DNA of 64,000 nucleotides from Pavona decussata (lineage: Eukaryota), in assembly GCA_977016875.1 (NCBI GenBank), contig CDRNST010000228.1, positions 372,001 to 436,000 on the forward strand, written 5' to 3'. The notes beneath the pieces are model-generated. The model did not search any database and was not told where the DNA came from. It saw nothing but the letters and a program-made list of their open reading frames with translations. The translations under genes and the position numbers were made by a program. Numbering within the stretch: position 1 is the first letter of the stretch; every line of letters starts with the position of its first letter. Shown here in pieces: positions 36,461-47,032 of this stretch.

Positions 36461-39400
36461 TTATCGACGGCAACATGGTGGCGGGCAGGATCGGATGCAA
36501 GTGTGAGAACATATCATTGGACAAGGGCTTGGACCAGCGGGGGGAGCTGGCTGACCTGCAGGACCGGGAAGGCCAGGGGGTCCTACATAACAGAACAGAG
36601 AACAATTATAAGCTCACAATGTTTAACCTCTCAAACGGGAAGTATCACGGGAATTTGATGTTATATCAAAAACTCCAAAACGTTTTTTGATCAACAGAAA
36701 CCTAAAAATATTGCTCGAATTAGGTGTAGATTGTCACCCAAGTATACTAAGACTATCGATGAGTGTCTCTGGCCACAGATGGACTGGGTTAGAATGGACT
36801 GCAACTTGAAGAAACGTTAGGCTAACTGTTTTCAAGTTCTTGCGTTTTCGTTCCCAAAATGCACTAGAGCAGGCCATGAGTTTTTCCTTTCAAGAATTGA
36901 GTTGATTTCTTTCTCTTGGTGTTCTAGAATTATTTTGTAACTAAGTGAAGGTGTTGTCGCACCATTTTCACCAGAAAAGGTCAAAATTCCCGTGATACTT
37001 CCCCTTTAAGCCCCAGTTACTCCTTGCAATGTTGTTCATCAAACATTCAGTTTGTGAGAATAAAGACAATGAACACCAAGTTAAGGACGAGCTGTCTTAA
37101 CGTTCAAACAAACTCCCCCAACGAGTACCATGACATTTTAGTGAACAGTGAGGATAATATGTATGCAGATCAGATGAAGGGTGGATTTTTTGTATTATTT
37201 TTAGCTTTGTTTTTACGAACCAATCACCGTTGAATCGAAGTTGAGCAATTACCATGTGAGTTAAGAGAGGTGTGCTCTTATGGGAGAAACGGAATAACAT
37301 GATATTGCATAAAAGTGTTCTTACCGGGTGGTCCAGCATCGCCAGCGGCGCCTTGGTTTCCGGGGGGTCCTGGGGGTCCCATGGGACCATCACGTCCTGG
37401 TGGGCCTAGGATTAGGTAAACGTGGAAGGTCAAATATGAACTTGTTAACTACACAAACAACACGATTAGTATCATTCGTTTCATTAGCACACTGTAGAAG
37501 CCTGGTAGTTAAGTGCTTTCTACTTTCCGGTGTACAGTGTGTCTTGTGATAACGGTTAACGGTTTTAAACTAGAAACATAAAAATACTCATGGATTGGCC
37601 CCTTTAACTAGACTTCCTGGATAAATTTTGAAAGGCAAAAGAACTTACCAGCCGGCGCTCCAGGAAGGCCTGGAAGTCCAATTGCACCTGGCAGACCGAT
37701 AGGCCCTGAAGGTCCCTTAGGGCCATCTGGTCCAGGAGGTCCTTGCGCTCCCATTGGCCCATCAACACCTGGGGGACCGGGAGGTGGGGGAGGAGGCGGT
37801 GGGGGAGGTGGTGGTGGTGGTGGAGGTGGAGGTGGAGGAGCGGGGGAGCAACAAGTTACTTGACACGCTGGAGCACAGTGACCGGGACATCCTGGCGGAC
37901 ACGGACTGGGACTTCTTTTGTAGTGCCGTAGTTGTTCTGAAAACAAGTAGGGAAATTAGTAACAAAAGCATATAGATTTAGGGTGCGTTTCTTTGGGAGA
38001 TTCCTAAAATGGATTTGTGATCTCAGATCATTCGGATCATGGTGCATCAAAGGAGGCGACGAGTCCACTCTGGACAAGGATTCGTCGATTCCTTTGATGC
38101 ACCATGATCCGAATGATCTGAGATCACAAATCCGTTTTAGGATTCTCCCGGAAACGCACCCTTAATAAATCACAAGTTGCGAAGAATGTGTACTATTTAG
38201 AAAACAATTTGGATGCATCTCCCCATCAAGCGTTTTCTTTCTTTATAAGGTTATAGCCTGGGCTTAAGTCTAGCAACTGACACATGTTAAAATGTTCATG
38301 TAAGAAATCCTTTCTCGAACTCAAGTAGGACAACTGATAACTGGCAACGTTTTCACTACGACACCATTAACAGAAAAATGACCTCAAAGCGTCTCCAATT
38401 GTTCCCGGCATCGATAGCTGACTGACAAATATAAATGATGAGTCCATTAAATGGATGATATCATCGGATAAACATCTCAAATATCAACCTGCCATCCAAA
38501 TCCTCGTTCCCATCACTCTATAATATTCAATATATAGCTTCCCTTTAGAATATGAGTGCCGTATCAAGACGATTCTTCGAAGTAAACATTTTCAAACAAT
38601 TAGAAGAGTTGGTATCTTCTTTTATTATTTGTAGTATTTCTCGTTTAAACTTCGAATTCACATTCAACGATTTACTTTCCTCGGACTGTTCCATTTTCTC
38701 TTCGTTAACCTTATAAACCCCAGATCCCGAGATCAGATACAGATCCTGAGCGGGTCTGACCGCCCACATGAGAGCTTGTTTGAGATAGGCCTCAACTCAA
38801 ACACAAGACAGTCATCTTCGGCAACGAAGGACAGCCATTAAGCCCCAATGATGATCAGCTAATAATTTCTCCTTGTAATGCCAATAATTGAGCAAATGCG
38901 ATGGTTATGAGAATAGAGGGAATGATTACCAAAGCGTAACTGCCTGGACATTTTAAGGTTTTTACAGAGAAGGAAATCTGTGGATTATGTTAAGCTCCGG
39001 AAACGTTAGCTACTGACTGAACAAGCTCTAATGACCAAGAAAGAAACAACTGATTTGCAACTAAAGTACAACCGACCGACGGGTAAACGAGGACAATTTA
39101 TGGTTAAGCATCGCCTTGAAAAAATACAAGAGATTTACTAAGCAAAACCCAAACACGAATGGCAGGAGTCATCTCTACCTCCGTTTTTTTTTTTTTTTTT
39201 TTTTGAGAAATGAACGTTGCACGATCAAAATAAAATATTTATATTTATTGCTGGATTTTACGCTGTCGGTGCGATAGCACTCGATTCCGTCTCTAATTAT
39301 CGCGGGAGGAGGTAGAAACCTCGCGCGTATTTTAGAAGATAAAGCAGCTTGAATAGAATGTGTTCTTGCTTTGATAAACTACCTTGTCTCTGCTACTTAG

Positions 39401-39532
39401 TTAATAACTGATGAAGTGATGATCTAATTGCGTAGCCACAAGCCCAACACTTCAAAGCTTACCGAGTGATGTCGCTGAGGAAAAGGAAGCGACGTAAAGA
39501 ACAGAACCCAACACCAGTAGTAAACCCTGCAT
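36461..39532 (-). CDS. NCol: Nematocyst minicollagen A (186 aa); exons 39532-39463, 37936-37649, 37405-37325, 36582-36461
   Basis: Signal [22 protein letters not shown] propeptide site, [21 protein letters not shown], poly-Pro, 14+13 Gly-X-Y triplets split by one Ala, [21 protein letters not shown]; phase-1 GT-AG introns keep frame. Confidence 0.93.
37981..38161. mobile_element. PIF/Harbinger-type palindromic MITE in a minicollagen A intron
   Basis: GGGTGCGTTTC...GAAACGCACCC termini, near-perfect palindrome, TTA target duplication on both sides. Confidence 0.85.
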
Positions 39533-40799
39533 CTAGGAGGAAAGAAAAATCAATCATTTTTAGACTTAACTACCACAGAGTCCCTTAAAACTATTCCTGT
39601 AAACTGATAAGCAGAGTATTTTTTATTTCTCCTAGGAATATCAATGCAATGTGAAGCAGGGGGAGGGGAGGAGGGTTGTTTATCAACTAAAGGAAAATAT
39701 TACGACGTTTCTTGAAATTTTCAAAACTAACTATAGAATGATTGTATGGAAATTGGTTTAGAGACTAAAGGTCTTGGTCTAAGGTTCCAAGTTTAATCTT
39801 ATCTGGTTAAGTGGTGGACAGGTGATAACTTGTAAAATTCATTAACGGCAGTTTTACTGTGAAAACCAAAAAGACTAACATAACGAAAATCTGCGAGAAA
39901 AAACAGAGGCGCTGAAGAACTTTACAACGCTTTAAAAGGCTTACGTTTCCGAAAAACTATATATTTCTGATCTTCGTCATCCTTGAATCATTTAATATGT
40001 GCATCTTAAATCAGAGTACGTGTTTTTGAAATCGGTAGTGAAAATACTGACCGCGTATGAACCATTTTACACGTCTTAATCATTTTAGTATTGCTCTTAT
40101 AATGAAGTATGTAGTTTTTCGAACTCGTTATCTTGAGGCAGTAGAAACTGAACTCATGAAACCACTGTCCGGATAACAAGCGAAGATATTTAGACCAAAT
40201 AATACCTCATTCTCAGAGAAGACCTTCCCTATACAGTAAAAGCAAAATATTATACAGTTGAAACAAATCGCTGTAATGTTGCTTGAAGGTTATTTATCGC
40301 ATTTTTTGTCAAACACATCTTTGCAAACTTGTCAACCGATCACTGCCTATACAATTCTTGTACGGGTATCCATTGACGTTCACAATTTATCGTAAAATTT
40401 CATAGAGCGGGAACGGAAATCCTCCTCAAAAAAAAATCCAATGTTTATGATTAGTACAACCACTGAACTAGAATTTAGTGTTTTAGAAATAAACTACCGA
40501 TTTATAGTAACCACTCGTGTCAACAAATTAGGAAAAAAAATTGATTTCCACTAGTACCTAATCCGAAACAAATAACCCTAAAATCAAAATATTTAACTAA
40601 AAATCTACAAATAAAGTCAACGGGAGTCGCAACAGTTATTGTAAACTAATTGCAAAGGCAGACAAAAAAAGCAAGATGGGAGGAAGTTAAAAAGAAAGTA
40701 AAACAGAAAGGCAAAATGTTCTTACCTTACTATATGCAAAGCTGTCTGCGAATTGTGATTCGCGTCTTTCAACTTCAGTCCCTTAAACGTCTGACAATG

Positions 40800-40813
40800 C
40801 TGAATAATTAATA
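40800..40813. promoter_or_regulatory. Candidate POU-IV (Brn3) site upstream of minicollagen A
   Basis: CTGAATAATTAATA, about 75 bp upstream of the putative 5'UTR exon donor at 40725. Confidence 0.4.
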
Positions 40814-43538
40814 ACTTCATTTTTGGTTCATCTGGTCTTTTAACGCTTCACAAGCTTTAGTCTGGCTAGCAGAGCATCAAAATCGATCAAGCATTCGAGA
40901 AAAACTTTGCAGGAAAAAAAAGAAAGCTTTATCGATAAAGCACCGATCAATTTCATTGCAGAAACTGACTCGCAGCTAACCTTCCTGTATCGAGTGGGCT
41001 AACGTCCCTGTGCGATTTTAAATTGCGGCTCTCTAGGTTTGGGCGAATTTTGACCGATATTACGTCACTCTGAAAGGAGATGAAACGAAGCCATTTTTCG
41101 AATAGCAGGTTACGCGGGCTAAAACTTTTGTGAAGTGCGGGTGGTATTTGCCGTTCAAGACTTATGAATAGGTTACCGTGTTTTTTTTTTTTCTTCTTCT
41201 AAATTTTACAGTAGGGATGAATACTAGGTACGCTGACAAGGGAATGGCCATGGGTATAAGAGCTGAATATGCCTTAAAAAGAAGAAGTAAGGAAGAAGTT
41301 GAACGATGTCATCGGAATGCAACATGTTTTAAATTCTTCAGTTATGAATGGGGATAGCACAGCGAACGAGCTTTTAACTCAACCGTGAAGTTTCCCTGCC
41401 TGACAGGGACCGGTACCTGTTAAACGGCAACAAATTCGGTTAACCAACTTTAGTTCAATGCACTTTAAATTTAAAATCTAGGGGAAAATGTGGGGAAAAA
41501 TGTGTTTTTTACGAGTACAGTAGTTTGAAACTTATAAACCCAAAGGCGTACCATTTACCTCGATTTACCTCTTTGCAAAAATCAAACTACAGAAAAGAGA
41601 GAAAAAAAAATGTATAATGAACCTCTAGGCAGTAATAAATTGGATTATTCATCAAAAGCTGCCTTGAGTTTGAAGAATTGCTTTCTTCTTTGCCAAGTTT
41701 ACATATAAAACCAACGCTAAACCATAGGCATCACTCCAGCGACATTTTTTGGCTTCTATCAGTAACATAAGCAATGCTGGGGGGCGGAATAGCTTTCCTT
41801 TGTCTTACTAACTTAATTTAACGGTTGCAATTAAATTAACCTATTTTGACTGATTTCATTTTCGAATTGAGGAATTGGGTGGTGGATGTCAATAGTGGCT
41901 AATAAAAATAATAATAAAATTTCGCTCAGATTTATCGCTTTTCACAAACTGGGTCCAAAACCTACCAGCTTAAAAAAATGTGTCACCAGGAAGAAAACAA
42001 TTGCATTTCGGTTGGTGACCGCATTTCTGACTTTTAATTGGCTGAGAATGAAATCGCATCGTTTATTTTGAATCAAGGTAATTAATTTACAAACACTTTA
42101 ACGCCCTGCTGGATGTTTAGCATAAGCTAACCAAACTTGAATGGGGAAAGCGTTTTGTTCTCCCAATTGCAATGTCAGTGTTGAATGGTTTCAGTTCGAA
42201 GGAGTTGCAGAGAGGGAGAAAAGGTAAGAGCTAAGCTTCAAATCTCACCAAGGGTTTAACATTTTTCGTTATGGTATTTTCTTTGCAAGGTAAGGGGAAA
42301 AAGGAACAGTCAAAATGATTTACTATAAGGGAGTTCCAAAGCCTCGAATTGATTTAAAAGAAAAGAATATCACATGTAAACCAACAGGTGGAAAAAAAAT
42401 ATCCATTGTTTTCTCGAATCACTGAGTGGGAGTTGGAAGAGAAAACTCCAAGAAGTTTCTCTATCTCTTTCAATCGCGCCAAGCCAAACCGACGGAGCAA
42501 ACGGTGGTAGAAAACGGAAACGGGGTAAGAGGAAAATTAACCTCAGCTATCTTTGTTTAACAGATTTAAAGTCAATTCAATTTTACGGCTTATGAACTTT
42601 TCTCAAAATATTTAGGTTTAAGTTAACGATTTAATGTACGTGTAATTACGTGTACCATTTGCCAGCTTGGCCTGCTAGACTATAAGCCAACTATTTGTCG
42701 CCCAATTTTGACTTTAACTTCCTCCTTTTTAGTCTTGTGGAAATTTACTTTTGGCTGTATACACCTTTCCAAGCGTTATTTTGGAAACAGACATTCAAAA
42801 TACCGTCCGGTTAACAAAGAAAACCTCATTCCAGGAATTAACATCCTAACACAAGTGAATCGTCAGTTCGAATTGTCCACAAAGATTTTCTCTCTCGGAA
42901 AGGTGTTTTGGCTTGCGAATAGCCATCTTCCGGAAAAAAAGTTTATTCAAGATTGAATTACTTAAATTTGGGAGGGTTGGATACCATTAGCCTAATGGAA
43001 CATTATTTTAAAATGATTTTTTAAAATAAAATAAAATAAATTAAAGTAAAAAAAGTTTGGTAAGATGAAGATCCAGTCAGCGTACCTCGAAGGCATTTTT
43101 AAAGTTCTGTGGAGAGTGCACTCGAATTTTCAAAAATGGCTGGTTGCACATCGGTCTCCTGAAGTGCCAACACGTTTTCTCTTTTGGAACTAAACTGTGC
43201 TGAGAATTGCAAGGAAGGAAGAAAAGGAGGGGGGGAAGGAGGAAGTGTTTGAAAGCCGTGCATTAAAAAAAAAAAAAAAAAGCTAAAAAGTAAATTATCA
43301 CGCTAGGGCCAGATGAACAGATGAAAGCTCTCGTTTAACTGCTGCCAGGGCTTTACTTGTCCTTACCTGTTGAGAAGGTTGTTGCATATTTTAGCGCCAC
43401 CAGGTACAAACGTGAGGAAGAGGGGGAGTAACACAGTGATAGAGTGAACTTGGCATAAATTAAATACATATTTTCTGTCACTTTTCCTAAAAACTAACAT
43501 CTACCCCTTCATACGTGATAGCAGAAAAACCAAAATAA

Positions 43539-43695
43539 TAATGGCCTTAGCTCCCCCGAGTCTCCTGTAGCTCAGTGGTAGAGCATCCGGACTAGTAATC
43601 GGATGGTCTTAGGTTCGCTCCTGATAGGAGTACTCGGATTGTTTTTTCGAGTATGCCTGTGTCATTTACTGATTAACACATCGATATCATTCTCA
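43539..43695 (+). mobile_element. tRNA-derived interspersed repeat (SINE-like)
   Basis: A box TAGCTCAGTGGTAGAGC, degenerate B box, 8-nt anticodon loop; flanks shared with the copy at 46066-46219. Confidence 0.7.
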
Positions 43696-43750
43696 ATGAA
43701 AACTTTATTTCGTTACAAAAAGAAAAAAATATATAGTGGAAATTATAACC

Positions 43751-45574
43751 TTATGAACAAGCGGTAGTCATGATTTCTAACCATGCCCTTGTATCAGCCT
43801 GTGCTCCAAAGAAAGGAATGCCGGAAGATTCGGACTTTACATACAGTGGTGGTGTTGATAAAGTCTCCAGCTTGTTGAGCCCTTCGTAGCATTGATCACA
43901 GGCAGGTCTCAAAGTGAACCAATGGCTTTTTTCTGAATAGAGGGCTTCCTCCCAAGAGCCTTTCTTTGGAGCAAACTAGAAGAAAGAGAAATTTGAGGAC
44001 AAAACAAACTTGGTGTGAATTGCTACCTTATTTATTCAGAAGAACAAAGTTCATTCAGTCACTACATTAATTTCAAGGTGCCTGGCACCGGTTTCCATCA
44101 CTTGCCAACGCTTATTATACTTTAACCGATCGATGGTACTTTTCTTTATCAGTTGATAAAATAGTGGTATTAAAAACATGCCTAAACATTGCCAAACAAA
44201 TTATGGTTACTTTCTCGACATAATAGGTATTAATGAGAGTGTAACTGTGACTATGTATGTCTGTAGAGCGCATGTAATCAAGACCACAAAAGGGCATTAT
44301 GTCCATTTTTAGAATTTTTTTTCCCCGCAAAAATTGGCTTTGGCTCTCAGGCTCGCACATACGCCATCCCTGTCGTTTCCGATCATGCGGCAAATCATTC
44401 AGTACACAATTTGACCACTTCTTTAAAGCTTTTTCTGGAAACGATTCTTCGGAATTAAGAAAAGCCAGTACCAATCACTTTTTGTGTGTTTCCGTTTTTG
44501 TTTTAAATAATTAATGTTCATAATACTGGAGTAAGATTCTCACCTCTAAACCCAGAACTGCTTCTTTTACGGCAACCACATAACGGTTGTCCACTGCCCA
44601 GCGGAAGGACACCACCAATGTACCATTGATTTCCCTGCGCTCTTCCGTGAATTCTTGAGATGTTCATAAAAACAAAATAATGCATACAAGGTATGATTAA
44701 TGCACGGTTTCTGAGCGATAAATTGATGTTTTTGGGCCTTCTCGTCTACGCACGCCTTTAACGGATTGACTAATGGCATCGTTGATGGCTTGCTTGATTG
44801 ATGGATGGGTACATTGACTGATTTATGATGTAATTTCATTTGGACACACTTATTTTACTCAATAGTCAAGCTGTTCACTATAAATCAATTTCATCAATAC
44901 TTATCTTCCATGGCAAGAAGAGAACGCCGTAGTAAAATAATTAAATAAATAAGTCAGTAAAATCAATCAATTAACAAATAACATATATGCATCCTTGTTA
45001 ACAGGGATAGCGTGTATTAAAAATCTTACTAAGACGCAAGCTGTTGTGAACTTAATTTAACTTTAATGTTTTTTACAGCTTGATTTGATGGTATATTGTT
45101 GCCAACTCGTGGCCTGTCTGTTTCTTTAAAACTTAAAACGAAAAAGGATCAGAACAGAGGTCGATGTGACATTTTGAATTAAATCTAAAGCAGCTTAAAA
45201 AAATACCTTAATATGAATGGTATAGTCACTCTGTATGACACTGAAGCACGATGAAATACCACGATACATTCAAAATCCGACAAAACCACCACGAAGGGTC
45301 AAGGGAGTACGGCTTATAGCAGGAAGTCTTTTCAAAATGCTCCCACTTAGGAATTTTAGACAAATTGACAAACTCACTTGTAAACTTTATTGCTGCTCCG
45401 TCACAAGAGCCAGTGAACGTCAGGTAAGTTGGTACACCGCTGTGATTTAAGTGAACTCGAAGAAGATTCCCTTGACCAGAACCGTACAGCCCAGCATAAA
45501 ACGATTGAATCTGGCACGGAGAGTGCTGCGATTTGACGATGTCGATATGAACAAACAGAAATGTTGCAAGGAAC
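43751..45574 (-). CDS. Secreted beta-trefoil IL-1/FGF-like protein (paralog 2), 5' end lost in gap; exons >45574-45378, 44653-44544, 43975-43751
   Basis: FLATFLFVHIDIVKSQHSPCQIQSFYAGLYGSGQGNLLRVH...LTFTGSC...|KFTEERREINGTLVVSFRWAVDNRYVVAVKEAVLGLE|FAPKK...HWFTLRPACDQC...LETLSTPPLYVKSESSGIPFFG...WLEIMTTACS*. Same 110-bp middle exon and phase 1/0 introns as paralog 1. Confidence 0.8.
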
Positions 45575-45721
45575 NNNNNNNNNNNNNNNNNNNNNNNNNN
45601 NNNNNNNNNNNNNNNNNNNNNNNNNNNNNNNNNNNNNNNNNNNNNNNNNNNNNNNNNNNNNNNNNNNNNNNNNNNNNNNNNNNNNNNNNNNNNNNNNNNN
45701 NNNNNNNNNNNNNNNNNNNNN
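45575..45721. other. Assembly gap (hides the start of paralog 2)
   Basis: Run of N. Confidence 1.
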
Positions 45722-46065
45722 AGTTCCGTGGTTTAATGCAAGGTTTTTGGTATCCATGTTGTGACATCTATACGAGCTTACTGGCACCCAACAGCTCGGT
45801 GGGATACTGATCTGTTCGGAACGCCTTAAGTCGCCTCAGAAATTTGCACTATTAAATTTCAGTGATGAACTAGAATTTTCTGTGGCAAAACTTCGCCGCA
45901 AACCTTCGTTACCACGAGAAACTAATTCATCTTTCCTCTTGTGTTCCATCTAAGATGCGGTAAAGGCTTAAAATATTCGATCACATTTATTTCCATTGCG
46001 CATATGCCACACATGACATTCCAATCCTAGCAGTATGCAGGATGTTTGTCCCATGAAACCTAGTT

Positions 46066-46219
46066 TAATGGCCTTAGCTCCCACGAGTCTCCTGTAACTC
46101 AGTGTTAAAACATCCGAACTAGTAATGGGAAGATCTTAGGTTCGACTCCTGATAGGAGCACTCGGATTTTTTTTTTCCGAGTATGCCTGCGCTGCTTACT
46201 GAATAATACATCATTCTCA
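46066..46219 (+). mobile_element. tRNA-derived interspersed repeat (second copy)
   Basis: TAATGGCCTTAGCTCC...GGTTCGACTCC...GAGTATGCCTG...ATCATTCTCA, matching 43539-43695. Confidence 0.7.
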
Positions 46220-46667
46220 GGGCTGATTCTGTTCCCTAAAACCTACTGCGACTTAAATTTTAAGATCCAAGCAGAATAAACTACATTAGCTTACACAAAT
46301 ATGCCTCTAAAAGACCTGAGAACAAAAGAAATAACATTTTAAGTATTTTGGATAAATGTTGCCATTTCATGGGTGCCCATGAACTAAAAGTCGAACGAGT
46401 CTACTAATAAATTCATACACTATATGGAATGCACTATGGGTCTGTTCTCCAAATTCCCTTAAAACATTTACATCAATATTTGGATGTCAGTAACCGTCAA
46501 TGCCTGTATCTGATCTTGAGTTCCGATATGTTGAAAACACTCTCAGTAGGGCAGAAACTGGAAAGCAAGGAAAAAATACTAAACGGAAAGAAAACGGAAA
46601 CATGACTGGATATTAGACAAACAAAAAAAGTTGACAAGTGGGAAAGGTATATATTGACTATTAATTA

Positions 46668-47032
46668 CACTCTGTTTTTTTTATAAGAGCCTTTTTTATA
46701 AGAACGTGGAGGCTTAGATAAACCAAAATTTTAAGAACGCATTAAGAACATCCCTCAGGCTGAGAGTCGATTAAGAACGTTTTTTAGTATTTTGCTAATC
46801 TGTATATAAAATCAAGGTAACAAATGTAAATTAACCAAAATAGTTGAGGGCATGTTTTGTATACAATGGTGACACACATCTCGGTTTGGTCACGTCCGCA
46901 TTGATTTAGCGTATACCATGTAATTTAAGAACATCTTAAGAACGTTTCCAGCCTCAAATTGCAAAAAAAAAAAAATATAAGAACGTTCAGCCTCAGCTCC
47001 AAAATTAGACGTTCTTAAAAGAAAAAAGAGTG
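46668..47032. mobile_element. Non-autonomous DNA transposon (MITE)
   Basis: CACTCT-T-rich / A-rich-AGAGTG termini, TA on both flanks, repeated internal TAAGAAC motifs. Confidence 0.7.

Noticed and set aside
43561-43630. Functional tRNA gene
   Set aside because: The anticodon loop is 8 nt, the T-loop is damaged, and the flanks are shared with a second degenerate copy, so it is a repeat.
44115-44514. 119-aa and 71-aa ORFs
   Set aside because: They lie in an intron of paralog 2 and show no recognisable motif or supporting splice logic.
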